This document shows, in pieces, positions 29,428 through 39,935 of a stretch of 64,000 nucleotides of DNA. The notes beneath the pieces were generated by a model, which was given only the letters and a program-made list of their open reading frames with translations, was not told where the DNA came from and searched no databases. Within the stretch, counting starts at the first letter, position 1. Every line of letters starts with the position of its first letter. The translations under genes and the position numbers were made by a program. The DNA comes from Candidatus Bathyarchaeia archaeon (GTDB lineage: Archaea > Thermoproteota > Bathyarchaeia > Bathyarchaeales > Bathycorpusculaceae): positions 1-64,000 of the forward strand of contig JBEKTQ010000023.1 in NCBI GenBank assembly GCA_049515895.1. Reading direction: 5' to 3'.

Positions 29428-29642
29428 CCAGTAGTTCTCCGTTTTACCATCAAGGAATAGTGTCCTTTGCTAATCTTTTTTTATGGTCACTTATCGTTTT
29501 GGAATGGCATCGTTCTCCTGTTTTTAATAGGCGATTGATATTTAATATATCGTTTTTGAACAATTGTACAAAACCATTGTACTTTCGATTTATTCGATTT
29601 TCTTTCTCGTTGGTTTAAGAGAAATAGGAAAAAAGCGAATTC

Positions 29643-29790
29643 TTAGAAGTTGCCGACTGCGCTTAGGATGCCTTTGGCGGTGAAGCTGTTGCTTGTTGCG
29701 CTTTTCTGATCTCATTTTAGATCTAACTGTGCGATAACCACGTTGCTGAACGTGTAATTCAGGTTGCCTGCACACGCGGGGACGCTGCTA
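29643..29790 (-). pseudogene. Gene fragment, probable viral tail-tube C-terminus (copy 1)
   Basis: NYTFSNVVIAQLDLK*DQKSATSNSFTAKGILSAVGNF*; homologous to 32035-32098. Confidence 0.5.
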
Positions 29791-29877
29791 AAGTCGTTTT
29801 GCCTGTTAACTTGTTGACTATCCGAGGAACTTAGCTTAGATAAGTGGATATTTGATTGAATGAAATAAACTACAAAA

Positions 29878-30966
29878 TTACGGGGAATCTGTCCATACTG
29901 GCGTTACGGTATAGTTGGAAACAAATTCTGGCGAATAAATTGTCATCCCGATTGACGCCGAGTTTGAGCTGCTGTAGGAATCGAAGCCGTATCCGCTATT
30001 AATTGTTGGAAGTTTTGGTGGATTTGTGTAAGTTGATGAATCATAGGTAAACGTTCCCCCTTCCGCTGGAACGGTCATGTTAATTTCTAATTTACCCTCT
30101 GCGTTGTAAGCTACAATGTGCAGCCCCGCGTTATACGCTGCCCCTTCTCCAGTGTTGGTCACTGACCCAACGATGAAAAGGCTGTTTTCAAAACTTACCC
30201 CGTACTGAGTGGTAGCTGGATACTCCTTCATATTCAAGGAAGCAACAAGATTAGCCGTTGATAGGCTTGCTATCATGGCGTTGAGATTTTCCACTTGATT
30301 TTCTAGATAGGCTACTTGGCTGCTCAACGGCTGGTTTTGACTGAGAACAGTTGGAGCGTATGACCAGCAGACAGGTGTTATAGTCCAATTGTCGACGGCG
30401 CCTTCGTGGAATATGTTTATACCGACATTCGTGGTTTGTCCGCTGTCCAAAATTTGAAGCACCAGGCTGCTGTTCCCATAATTTTTTGAGACAAAAGCGT
30501 TAGTTGCGTTGTCACTTCCAAAAATTGTACCAGTGAAGGGAACGGTCAGGTTTACTTCTAATGTGCCATTCGCGGCGTAGGCAACCACCTGCAACCCCGC
30601 GTTAACCGCGTAGCCTTTTCCCGTGTTAGTGACTGAACCTTCGATCCAAAGGTAATTATATGGAACGGGAGTGGGCACTAAGCCGCCCATGTAACTGCTA
30701 TTAGCGCCTATCATTTCATGTGTTTCCAATGAGGTCACAAGATTTGCCAACGTCAAATTCTCCACTATCCCGGTGAGGTTGGCTAGTTGACCTTTTAGGC
30801 TTAAAATTTGAGCTTTTAAAGTCGATGTTTGATCTGAAACTTGAGATTGATTGTTTACTTGTTTGGAATTTCGCTGATTTACTATGTTAAAGTAAACTAT
30901 TCCAGCGATTACACTGAGGAAGAGCGCAACGACTATCAACGCATATGCTTTTCTCCTACTGAGCAT
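29878..30966 (-). CDS. Membrane-anchored protein with two tandem Ig-like (FxLYD-like) domains
   Basis: Duplicated ANLV.SL..GSVTNTG.G.A.NAGL..VAY.A.G.LE.N.TVP..TPV.W units. Confidence 0.75.
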   Translation of the reverse strand: MLSRRKAYALIVVALFLSVIAGIVYFNIVNQRNSKQVNNQSQVSDQTSTLKAQILSLKGQLANLTGIVENLTLANLVTSLETHEMIGANSSYMGGLVPTPVPYNYLWIEGSVTNTGKGYAVNAGLQVVAYAANGTLEVNLTVPFTGTIFGSDNATNAFVSKNYGNSSLVLQILDSGQTTNVGINIFHEGAVDNWTITPVCWSYAPTVLSQNQPLSSQVAYLENQVENLNAMIASLSTANLVASLNMKEYPATTQYGVSFENSLFIVGSVTNTGEGAAYNAGLHIVAYNAEGKLEINMTVPAEGGTFTYDSSTYTNPPKLPTINSGYGFDSYSSSNSASIGMTIYSPEFVSNYTVTPVWTDSP

Positions 30967-31094
30967 ACTTGGTCAATGGATTTACTCACGATAAAAGTGT
31001 TTTTGTATAGATCTCTTGACTAAACCGCGATTATTCAGTCAACATTTATTGACCAAGTCGGAATAATCGCCGACTGCGATTAATATAGGCGCCC

Positions 31095-31961
31095 TCAAAA
31101 AAATAGATTAAAAATAGGGGCTTGACTTGAGCGTTTGTGCCGTTTTAAGTAAACTAACAAAACAACACTCACCCCAACGACCACAACTGCTCCTAAAATA
31201 ACAGCAACAGTTGCAGTTGGGAAAGGCTCTGGCTTCGTAATGACGAAAGTAACTGTCTTGGGTGTTGCTGTGTTGCAATAAGTATCGTTAGCGTAAATAG
31301 TTAGGGTATGTGAGCCATTAGTTAATCCGGTTAGAGTTGTATTTCCAACAATTGTCACGTTTGCTTGCCCATCTAAACTGTATCCAATCCATTGAGATGG
31401 TTTTGAGAGGGTGAAATTTAACGATATGTTACTTGATAAAAAGGTTCCGTTTTCAAGTGATAAGTATGAAATCTGAGGTGGAGAAGGGGTAGGATAAGGT
31501 GAAGGGGAAGGCGTTGGCGGAGGAGATTCAGTGGGTGATTGGGAGACGATGACATACAATGGCAACGGACCCAAGCCGTACGTATCGTTTAAGGAGTCGG
31601 TTACTTCACATGAAATATCGTATGTTCCAGGTGCCGATTCGACGAAATCGAATGTTGATGAGGTAGCTCCCGGAAACGCAAGCAAAGGTCCGAGAGCTGG
31701 AAGATTGTAAGACACCCCTGGCTTCCAAGTAGTCCACAACTGAGTATACCACTGATAAGTGTACGGCGGATTCCCGCCACCAACCGTCACAGTTATTTCA
31801 ACGTGTTGATTCACAAGCGCTGTGGTGGATGTCTGCTCTACATCTATGGATGTGGGTCCTCTTGCCACGACGGCATGAACGCCGGTAATAATTGAAGCTG
31901 AGAGCCCAAAAACAAGAACTGTAAGCAGAACAATTCCTTTTTGCATCATCATGCCTTGCAC
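31095..31961 (-). CDS. Secreted Ig/PKD-like cell-surface protein
   Basis: Signal peptide, GG.PPYTYQWY, Pro/Ser linker, YSLDGQAN..G.HTLTIYAND, C-terminal TM. Confidence 0.75.
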   Translation of the reverse strand: MQGMMMQKGIVLLTVLVFGLSASIITGVHAVVARGPTSIDVEQTSTTALVNQHVEITVTVGGGNPPYTYQWYTQLWTTWKPGVSYNLPALGPLLAFPGATSSTFDFVESAPGTYDISCEVTDSLNDTYGLGPLPLYVIVSQSPTESPPPTPSPSPYPTPSPPQISYLSLENGTFLSSNISLNFTLSKPSQWIGYSLDGQANVTIVGNTTLTGLTNGSHTLTIYANDTYCNTATPKTVTFVITKPEPFPTATVAVILGAVVVVGVSVVLLVYLKRHKRSSQAPIFNLFF

Positions 31962-32034
31962 TATGTACAGTCAAAGTGACTTTTAGTTCTACTCAAGGAA
32001 CAGAACGTTCCAGAGCTGGAACACTTGTGCTGAA

Positions 32035-32098
32035 TGCGCTTTTTTGATCCCATTTTAAATCCAGCTGCGTGATGGCTACGTTGCTTAAGGTATACTTC
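32035..32098 (-). pseudogene. Gene fragment, probable viral tail-tube C-terminus (copy 2)
   Basis: KYTLSNVAITQLDLKWDQKSA aligns gaplessly with copy 1. Confidence 0.5.
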
Positions 32099-32133
32099 CG
32101 TGAGCGAAGGCTTATGGTTTGAACCCAACAAAC

Positions 32134-32152
32134 GTTCAAATCCCCCGGTTCA
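32134..32152 (+). repeat. Short tRNA-Ala 3'-end copy (most distal att-like site)
   Basis: GTTCAAATCCCCCGGTTCA versus GTTCAAATCCCCCGGTCCA at 12167 and 13656. Confidence 0.6.
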
Positions 32153-32282
32153 TAGTGCGGTTTGAACCAGTTTGGCTTCAAGTTCCTTCGGACCTTTAAG
32201 GTATTGCAATGGGGCCCGGCGGGATACGGCTTTACGACCGAGAAGAGAAAATGCTTTAAGCGGAGGGAAGTAATTTGGTGTT

Positions 32283-32735
32283 ATGCCAAAATTTGATGTT
32301 ACTGATGAAGCCATCATTAGTGCTCCGCCTACAGTATTTTACAGAGCTCTTTTGGATGAGTACGCAGGGGTCACACATTGGTGGATGCCTTATTTTGAAT
32401 TTAAGCCAAGAGGAGATAAACCAATGGACCAGGAAGGCGCAATTTTTGACATAATAATTCACGATAAAATGACACTAAAGTTTTCTGCCAAGATAACAAA
32501 GATTGTGGAAGCTGAATCGATAGAAGAGGAATATGCGGGTGAGTTTGTGGGAACTGGAAAATGGACACTTGAGCCAACCTCAGATGGAAAGACAAAGGTT
32601 CAATTTCGTGTAAATGGCGAAACCAAGAGACTATCTTTTGTTTTTCTCTCTCCATTCGTTGACATAGGAAAGAAGCATTCAATCGTGATTCAGAAAGGAT
32701 TCAAAGCATGCAACAGTTACCTGTGCAAGAAATAG
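32283..32735 (+). CDS. SRPBCC/START-like ligand-binding protein
   Basis: VTDEAIISAPP..F, WWMP, GTGKWTLEP..GKTKVQF. Confidence 0.75.
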   Translation: MPKFDVTDEAIISAPPTVFYRALLDEYAGVTHWWMPYFEFKPRGDKPMDQEGAIFDIIIHDKMTLKFSAKITKIVEAESIEEEYAGEFVGTGKWTLEPTSDGKTKVQFRVNGETKRLSFVFLSPFVDIGKKHSIVIQKGFKACNSYLCKK

Positions 32736-32902
32736 CTTGTACTTCGGAAAAGATTCGTGCTGACGCTGTGACGTTTTCAGGTGCCAAAGTCACTAAGGTT
32801 GCCACACACACGGAAAGTACTCCCTTCGCAAGCATTTTTGGGAGCTCTGCTTGAGCTATCAAACCAAAACTCTTTAGTTATCATCCAGCTTACTGTGAAG
32901 GC

Positions 32903-33304
32903 ATGGTGACTATTAGACGCCCCTTGTATCTTACGCGTTTTGGAAAGCACGTTTTAGACGCTCGAAAGCATCTTCTGGAAACCGATTATGTTCAAGCATC
33001 AGAAGATGTTTGGGGAGCTTTATCTTCGTTAGTAAATGCATGGTCAATAGTAGAGGTTGCATCAGTTGCGGTTAAAAAAGAAAAATTTGCTGAGCTGTTT
33101 CAACTGTTATTAAAGGAAGACTCCAATTTAAAACAGCTACTTCTCGATTCACACTTTGATAATCCCTTGCATTTTGCTTCGAAAACCGAAGGCTTACATC
33201 TTTACTTTTTGGGGAAAATGGATTACCCAGAAGACTTCATGAAATCCACGTTAGAAGACTGTGTAAGGGTGCTTGAAGAAGTGGAGAAAGTACTGGCTAA
33301 GTAA
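32903..33304 (+). CDS. PaREP1-like (HEPN clan) protein
   Basis: DYVQASEDVWGA and distal GLHLYF resemble PaREP1 QASEKAWGA / LH..FY. Confidence 0.55.
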   Translation: MVTIRRPLYLTRFGKHVLDARKHLLETDYVQASEDVWGALSSLVNAWSIVEVASVAVKKEKFAELFQLLLKEDSNLKQLLLDSHFDNPLHFASKTEGLHLYFLGKMDYPEDFMKSTLEDCVRVLEEVEKVLAK

Positions 33305-33870
33305 TTTAAGTAATTGAACGAAGTGCCTGTTATTCCGATCAGCCAAAAGTAGTTTGATTCCGTCCTATATTCGCAATATTCTGCCAGAACCCCTTTTTGA
33401 GACAGATTAAGCTTAATTCTGGAGAATAATGTTAGAATGTTTCGGATTAAATCAAAATCCCCGGCTAACAGCTTGCCGTCTTGATTAACTTGCGATAGAA
33501 GTCCATCAAAGGTCAACAGGGAATCAAGAGTTTTAAAGCAAAGGTCGTCGTCTATAAGACCAAGTTTTTTCAGCTTCGCGATTACACGAGGAGTTTGGGA
33601 TTTATCAGCTAACGATAAGCCAACAGCACCTGTAACATGTTCGAAGCCATCGAATAGTTGCCTATCAACGGTGTTTATGGTGCTTACATACTGCCCTCCG
33701 CCAAAAGTGCTCATGGTCCTTGTAACACTGATGTTTGGAAAGGCTAAAACTGCGCTTGCCGTGGTCGCAAACGATTTAACGACAAAAATATTCTGGGCAA
33801 GGGAATGAATGCCTTTGGCATTTTCTGGCTGGAAAATATTGCAAAACAAAAAAGGCGAATCAACCGACAT
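33223..33870 (-). CDS. Hypothetical protein
   Basis: ATG 33870 (MSVDSPF); 3' end overlaps the convergent PaREP1-like gene. Confidence 0.55.
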   Translation of the reverse strand: MSVDSPFLFCNIFQPENAKGIHSLAQNIFVVKSFATTASAVLAFPNISVTRTMSTFGGGQYVSTINTVDRQLFDGFEHVTGAVGLSLADKSQTPRVIAKLKKLGLIDDDLCFKTLDSLLTFDGLLSQVNQDGKLLAGDFDLIRNILTLFSRIKLNLSQKGVLAEYCEYRTESNYFWLIGITGTSFNYLNYLASTFSTSSSTLTQSSNVDFMKSSG

Positions 33871-33884
33871 AAATATTATTCGCC

Positions 33885-34340
33885 TTAAACAGCACGTTTC
33901 CAACTGACTATAGGGGACCAATTAACAACATAAGCAGGCTCATTAAGTTCATTTCTGTAATTCGAATTTACTGCAGCCATTGAAGGTATTGCTTTTAGCG
34001 TAACCATGAATGCTCCTTTTGTTGTTTCTACTTTAGTCTCTGAGGAGGCTAGAGTAAATTTGATAATATCAACAATCTGCCATCCATCGGTCGGTTGTTC
34101 ACCTGCCTGGAAAAGAGGCTTGTCCTTTACCATTTCAGACGCTTTTGCCCCGACTTTTGTTATGGCAATGCCTCCTGTATGCTTGACAACAATATTTACT
34201 CCGCCAAATACAGAGAAGCCGCCCTCGCGAGCATCTATGATGCTTACAGCAACTTTTAGAACCGAACCATCTAACAATTCTACCGAACCGTCAATACTAT
34301 TGCAGCTCAATGTAACCACTTGATTAATAATTGCGCTCAA
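33885..34340 (-). CDS. Hypothetical protein
   Basis: 151-aa ORF; ELLDGSVLKV and YRNELNEPAYVVNW; co-oriented 14 bp upstream of the previous ORF. Confidence 0.6.
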   Translation of the reverse strand: MSAIINQVVTLSCNSIDGSVELLDGSVLKVAVSIIDAREGGFSVFGGVNIVVKHTGGIAITKVGAKASEMVKDKPLFQAGEQPTDGWQIVDIIKFTLASSETKVETTKGAFMVTLKAIPSMAAVNSNYRNELNEPAYVVNWSPIVSWKRAV

Positions 34341-34704
34341 AAACTATTAAAAACTTTGTCTGTACAATAAGGTAAGTACTCTGACAGGATGTGTTTTTCT
34401 ATAAAATTTTATTGCCTACTTCTTTTTCCAGCTTTCCAATCATTAAGCAATAAGAATTTGTGCCTTTTGGATGGTTGGTCTTGGCGTATTGCCATGCTTG
34501 AAAACGTAGCATTAAGTAAGGAAGCCCCCGTCAGTTGGCATCGTCCATTTCAAGCTTCCGTAAAACCCTTCAAGCAAAGGAATTTGGGGGAAGATTGAAA
34601 ATACATTTTGACAATTAATAGTACTGTTCAACAGTCTTAAAATCTTGAACCAGAATCCCAAAACTTATATAATGAGATTTAATACATGAGATAAGGGTGA
34701 AAAA

Positions 34705-34911
34705 ATGACTCTTAATGTAGAAACAAAATTAATTGCAAGTGCCGGAGCATACGCCGTTGGGGTTCTATTGCTGTATATGCTAGTCATCGCTAACAGCGTC
34801 CTGCCTAGCGTCTTCGCTGTAACCGCTATTGCCTCCTTCGCTGTCTTAATGGGATTAGTCTACTCATTTTACAGGACCGAAAAGCACCATCGACTCATGT
34901 TCTACCTTTAA
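34705..34911 (+). CDS. Small two-TM membrane protein
   Basis: Two hydrophobic helices; RBS GGGTGA; upstream TTATATAA. Confidence 0.55.
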   Translation: MTLNVETKLIASAGAYAVGVLLLYMLVIANSVLPSVFAVTAIASFAVLMGLVYSFYRTEKHHRLMFYL

Positions 34912-34979
34912 GCAAGAGTAGAAAGCTGTGAGGCCTTCCTGAATAGCAATCAGGGAGTCACTGCCTACAGCAACTCTTA

Positions 34980-37571
34980 TTATTTATTTTTAAATACCAG
35001 TTTACCGTCCTTTTCATCGACAACAATTATCGAGTTTCTATCGACTTTTTCTTCAAGGATCATTTTTGACAATTCATTCAACAAGTTTCTTTGAATAACA
35101 CGTTTTATTGGCCTCGCACCGAACTGAGGGTCATAACCGATGGTGGCGATGGAATCGACGGCTTTTTTAGTGAAAGTCATTTTGATGCTGCTCTTTTCAA
35201 GGGTCTTCTGGATGGTTTTTAGTTGAAGTTCTACTATTTTCCGCACTTCTTCCCGGGTCAACGGCTGAAACATGATTATCTCATCGATACGATTCAGGAA
35301 TTCTGGCTTAATGCTTTTTTTCAGCAAATCGAAGACTTGTTCTCTTGTTTGATTTAAGATTTCTTCGCGGTTTTGATCATTTACTTTTTCGAGGTTTTCT
35401 TGAATTATGTGGGAACCGATGTTTGAGGTCATTATGATTATGGTATTTTTGAAGTCCACTGTCCTGCCCTTGTTATCGGTCAATCTACCATCGTCAAGCA
35501 CCTGAAGCAAGATATTGAAAACGTCCGGATGGGCTTTTTCAATTTCGTCGAGAAGCACAACAGCATATGGTTTTCTTCTGATAGCTTCTGTTAGCTGTCC
35601 ACTTTCCTCGTAACCTATGTACCCAGGAGGTGCACCGATGAGCCTTGAGACGGTGTGCCGTTCCTGATATTCCGACATGTCAATTCTTACCATGCTGTTT
35701 TCGTTATTGAATAGGCATTCAGCTAAAGCTTTTGCCAACTCGGTTTTTCCAACCCCCGTGGTACCTAAGAAGATAAAAGATCCGATTGGTCGTTTGGGAT
35801 CCTGCAAACCTGCACGGTTTCTCCTAATAGCATCCGATACTGCGTTGATTGCTTCGTCCTGTCCGACAACCCTCATGTGAAGTTCTGTTTCTATATTGAG
35901 CAATTTCTGTTTTTCACTTTGGAGCATTCGGCTGACTGGGATACCTGTCCAGCGGGAAACTACCTCGGCAATTTCTTCAGCATCGACCTCTTCATTAACC
36001 ATGGCTGATCCTTTTTGCAGCTCTGACAGTTTTTTCTCTAGAGTTTTAATGGTTTTTTCTGCTTCGGGAATTCTGCCGTAGCGAATTTCTGCGACCTTCC
36101 CAAGATCGCCAATGCGGTTTGCGCTTTCATCTTCAAACTTGAGCTGTTCAATTTCGTTCTTTTTTATCTGTATCTGTTCAACTAGGTCCTTTTCAGACAG
36201 CCACTTCGCTCTGAGCTGATTACGTTCTCCAGTGAGGTTCGCGATCTCTTCATTAAGCGATTTAAGCTTCACCTCATCTTTCTCGCGTTTAATTGCTTCA
36301 CGTTCAATCTCTAACTGGCGAATCTTTCGGTCTATTGTCTCAAGTTCTTCAGGAGCAGAATCTATTTCAAGTCGAAGTTTCGATGCGGCCTCGTCAATCA
36401 AGTCAATTGCTTTGTCCGGAAGGAAACGGGCGGAAATGTATTTCTGCGAAAGTTCAACAGCGGCAATTATTGCTTCATCTTTGATTCTGACGTGATGGTA
36501 TGTTTCATAACGTTCTTTTAGACCTCGAAGTATAGAAATAGCATTCAATGTATCTGGTTCGCTGACCATAACTGGTTGGAACCGTCTTTCAAGAGCTTTG
36601 TCTTTTTCAAAATACTTCTGGTATTCATTTAGAGTGGTTGCGCCGATCGCACGTAATTCTCCTCTAGAGAGTGCGGGTTTTAGTATGTTAGCTGCATCCA
36701 TTGCTCCTTCACTTGCACCAGCTCCGACGAGCGTATGAATCTCGTCTATAAATAGAACTATTTCGCCCTCGGCTGAAACGACTTCCTTTACAACACTTTT
36801 CAAACGCTCTTCAAATTCACCCTTAAACTTTGCACCGGCGATGAGGGCGCCCATATCTAGTGAATAAATTTGCTTTGATTTCAGATTCTCAGGTACATCT
36901 CCATCGATTACGCGGCGAGCAAGTCCCTCTACGATTGCGGTTTTGCCTACGCCTGGTTCTCCGATTAAAATCGGATTATTCTTGGTTCTTCGTGATAGGA
37001 TCTGAAGGACTCTTCGGATCTCCTCGTCGCGACCAATTACAGGGTCAAGTTTTCCCTTTCTAGCCATGTCATTTAGGTTCAAGGCAAATTTACTCAATGC
37101 ATTGTACGTCTCTTCTGCAGTTTGAGAATTAACCTTCGATCCTTTCCGCAATTGCGTGATAGCTGTCCTCAAATCCTTTTCGGTGACCCCGTTGTCCTTG
37201 AGCAATCTAGACGCCGCATCATTTAGCGTCAAGATTCCCAGCAATAGATGCTCGATAGAAATGAATTCATCCTTGAATTCTGAAGCTATTTCTTCTGCCT
37301 TCTGAAGGGCCCGATTAGAATTAGATGATAGATATTGTTGTCCGCCACTAACTTTAGGTAAGGAATCAATTAGCTTGTCAAGCGACTTTGAAAAATCATC
37401 AAAGTTTACATTTAATTTCTTCAATAAATAGGGAACCACATTTTCGTCAACCATCAATATTCCCTTCAATAGATGTGAAGGTTCAATTGACTGGTTCTGT
37501 TTTGCAGTGGCAATTTCCGTGGCTTTCTGAATGGCCTCTTGTGATTTAATGGTAAAATTGTTCAAGTTCAT
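34980..37571 (-). CDS. clpB: ATP-dependent chaperone ClpB
   Basis: Two AAA+ modules ([16 protein letters not shown]), coiled-coil M domain, [12 protein letters not shown]. Confidence 0.97.
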   Translation of the reverse strand: MNLNNFTIKSQEAIQKATEIATAKQNQSIEPSHLLKGILMVDENVVPYLLKKLNVNFDDFSKSLDKLIDSLPKVSGGQQYLSSNSNRALQKAEEIASEFKDEFISIEHLLLGILTLNDAASRLLKDNGVTEKDLRTAITQLRKGSKVNSQTAEETYNALSKFALNLNDMARKGKLDPVIGRDEEIRRVLQILSRRTKNNPILIGEPGVGKTAIVEGLARRVIDGDVPENLKSKQIYSLDMGALIAGAKFKGEFEERLKSVVKEVVSAEGEIVLFIDEIHTLVGAGASEGAMDAANILKPALSRGELRAIGATTLNEYQKYFEKDKALERRFQPVMVSEPDTLNAISILRGLKERYETYHHVRIKDEAIIAAVELSQKYISARFLPDKAIDLIDEAASKLRLEIDSAPEELETIDRKIRQLEIEREAIKREKDEVKLKSLNEEIANLTGERNQLRAKWLSEKDLVEQIQIKKNEIEQLKFEDESANRIGDLGKVAEIRYGRIPEAEKTIKTLEKKLSELQKGSAMVNEEVDAEEIAEVVSRWTGIPVSRMLQSEKQKLLNIETELHMRVVGQDEAINAVSDAIRRNRAGLQDPKRPIGSFIFLGTTGVGKTELAKALAECLFNNENSMVRIDMSEYQERHTVSRLIGAPPGYIGYEESGQLTEAIRRKPYAVVLLDEIEKAHPDVFNILLQVLDDGRLTDNKGRTVDFKNTIIIMTSNIGSHIIQENLEKVNDQNREEILNQTREQVFDLLKKSIKPEFLNRIDEIIMFQPLTREEVRKIVELQLKTIQKTLEKSSIKMTFTKKAVDSIATIGYDPQFGARPIKRVIQRNLLNELSKMILEEKVDRNSIIVVDEKDGKLVFKNK

Positions 37572-37685
37572 TTATGGTACACTTCTTTGCCGAGTATTCT
37601 TGAATTTATTTATACGTTTTCATTTTAGAATAGGAATAATTTCATGCTATTATATTTGTAAGTAGCTAGCATGTAAAATATTTGG

Positions 37686-39428
37686 TTACTGGTACACTTC
37701 TTTTCCAATTTCTGTTTTCATACGGTTTGGTTTAGGAGTAAGTCTGGTTTGGCTCAAGCGTTTTCTAGCCACCAATAGAATCAGGACTGAAAGCACTATT
37801 ATGACAAGAATTGTTGCAGCCATAACCTCAAGGTTTTCGTAAGATGCCATTGGTTTTGAACTCGGCGAGTTTGAAGGTGACAATGACGGTGTAACTGAAA
37901 GCGAACTTGTCGGAGTTGGTGTTGGCGCGTTCGTTGGAGGGGTTGGAGAAACGGAAGAAGGCGGGTAGGTTGGATGGTAAGTGGGCGTAGGCACTGGAGG
38001 ATGTTCTGGAGTTGGAATCGGCGTAGGCGTTGGAGTAGTAACTGGAGATGGAGCAACAAAATCCGCAGGTTCGATAAGTGTGGATTGAGGTGATTGGCTG
38101 AAATCAAAAGAATCATTCATGTCGTTGGAGATAGCGTCCCTCGTATGTAAGCTTGTAACGTTGAAAGTGTGTTCTGCAAGAGCAAGCATAGACGAGAATT
38201 CGTATTGCGTATGATCAATGAAGCCTGGCTTGGCCCAGGGAGAAATAACTATTGTTGGTACTCTGAAGCCTAAACCGCTTTGATCAATCTGCGGTGGAGC
38301 AACGTGGTCATAAAAGCCTCCATAATCATCCCAAGTCATTACGATTGCGGTCGACGGCCAATATGTGCTGTTCATGATTTGGTTCACAAGGTATGAGACA
38401 TAATCCATTCCAGCATCAGGGCGTGCAGGGGGATGTTCGCTGACCGATTGGTTTGCGAAGACCGCTGGTTCAGTTGGAGGTTGCCACGCTCCTGGCATAA
38501 TCCAGGATACTGCGGGCAAACTATTGTTCCGAATATCATTTACAAAATCTTTTGTACTCTTAACGTGGTCCGTAAGTTCGTTAGGATGATTCTGGAAATA
38601 ATCAAACAAAGGAAGAGGATCCCAATAGGTGGCTGCAGTCGGATCGGTGTTTCCGTCGTACCATTTCCAAGACACTTGGGCGGCGGAAAGCTCCTGCGCC
38701 AAGGTTGCCCACGAAAAGCTTGCGCCAGGCCAGTTCACCAAGAAGTCGCCGCCGGTTAACTCAGTGTTAGGCGGGTTATCAACTATATTTCCGCTTGAAA
38801 TCCACGGCGCAGTAGAATTTACTGGGCCGTCGGTGCCCGAAGCTATGTACAAGTGGTTTGGAAGGCTTGGGCCCATCTCTGAAGAGAAAAAGTTATCGTC
38901 AAGAACATAATGACCCGCGTAATCCCAGTAGTATGGGATATCGCTTCTATCGTAATAACCCATTGTTACCGAGCTTCCTTCTGCTACGACGAAGCCGTCC
39001 ATTTTGCCGTTGTCGTAAGCTTCGTGGGCTACTGTGGCTGAGTGATCGAGATTGACGGTAGATTGGGCGCTCAGATGAAATGGGGAGGCAGAATTGCTAA
39101 GTTCTTCTGTAAGGTCACTTGGGTCGGCTACTCCTGGCGGTAGCTCATCACCAACTATTGAAACTGGAACAGTAGCGCTGAGGTGATAAGGTTGAACGTA
39201 CCCTAACGCAAGGTCAGTGGTTGCATATGGAAGCGAAATGCCTGGAGGAATGCCGTTAGCTCCAGGATAAGTTCCAAAGTAATTGTCGAATGAATGGTTT
39301 TCTTGAACGATGAATATTAAATGCTGTATTTTTGATGTTTCTCCGCTCGAAAGGCGAATTGGCGCTGTCACTCCTGAAATCAAAAAAAGAACCAAGATTA
39401 ACAAGACCGCGAAAATCCTTAATTTCAT
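37686..39428 (-). CDS. Secreted phosphoesterase (phospholipase C/acid phosphatase family)
   Basis: [43 protein letters not shown]; C-terminal TM. Confidence 0.92.
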   Translation of the reverse strand: MKLRIFAVLLILVLFLISGVTAPIRLSSGETSKIQHLIFIVQENHSFDNYFGTYPGANGIPPGISLPYATTDLALGYVQPYHLSATVPVSIVGDELPPGVADPSDLTEELSNSASPFHLSAQSTVNLDHSATVAHEAYDNGKMDGFVVAEGSSVTMGYYDRSDIPYYWDYAGHYVLDDNFFSSEMGPSLPNHLYIASGTDGPVNSTAPWISSGNIVDNPPNTELTGGDFLVNWPGASFSWATLAQELSAAQVSWKWYDGNTDPTAATYWDPLPLFDYFQNHPNELTDHVKSTKDFVNDIRNNSLPAVSWIMPGAWQPPTEPAVFANQSVSEHPPARPDAGMDYVSYLVNQIMNSTYWPSTAIVMTWDDYGGFYDHVAPPQIDQSGLGFRVPTIVISPWAKPGFIDHTQYEFSSMLALAEHTFNVTSLHTRDAISNDMNDSFDFSQSPQSTLIEPADFVAPSPVTTPTPTPIPTPEHPPVPTPTYHPTYPPSSVSPTPPTNAPTPTPTSSLSVTPSLSPSNSPSSKPMASYENLEVMAATILVIIVLSVLILLVARKRLSQTRLTPKPNRMKTEIGKEVYQ

Positions 39429-39935
39429 AGCTTACTTGTCCTTCGTTTCCAAAAACAAACCATGAGAGAGCCTTTTGAATGAAGCAAAAAGCATTTTATA
39501 AACTCAACGGTGATAACCGTGAAACAACGGGTTATTACAAGGAAGGCTGTTTTCCAGGAAGCTAATAGCCCTTGATTCTGCAAGTATTTACGTCGTCATA
39601 TTTTATCTCGTTTTCCCAAAACAACAATCGCTGACGGTTTAGGTAGAGTCAAGTGCAAAACGGGGATTTGAAATAACAGCATCCCTTCTAAAGACTCTTT
39701 AGAGAACTGGTAACCCCTAAATCCCTTTTCAGCTAAAATGCTTCTTGAGGTAAGCAGTCCCAAAAGACTAGCGCTTTAAAGATGCAATCGAGCCATGATT
39801 TTACTAAGCTCTAATAAGATGCTGTCATGAATCAAAGAGATGTACGAATAGAGCATTTTGGAGAAAAGTGTAAAAGGAACTTTAAACTAGACTATTTAGG
39901 AGGAGTACTCTATTCTTGGGAAAAACAAAGGCTTA

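Larger units (their letters stand above)
11388..32152. mobile_element. tRNA-Ala-anchored composite island made of tandemly accreted segments
   Basis: Five downstream direct copies of the tRNA 3' end, integrase remnant, TA pair, provirus debris, repeat array; right boundary may extend further. Confidence 0.75.

Noticed and set aside
37643-37673. CATGCTA-N17-TAGCATG inverted repeat upstream of clpB as a heat-shock operator
   Set aside because: Does not match CIRCE, and a 7-bp arm in AT-rich DNA may be chance
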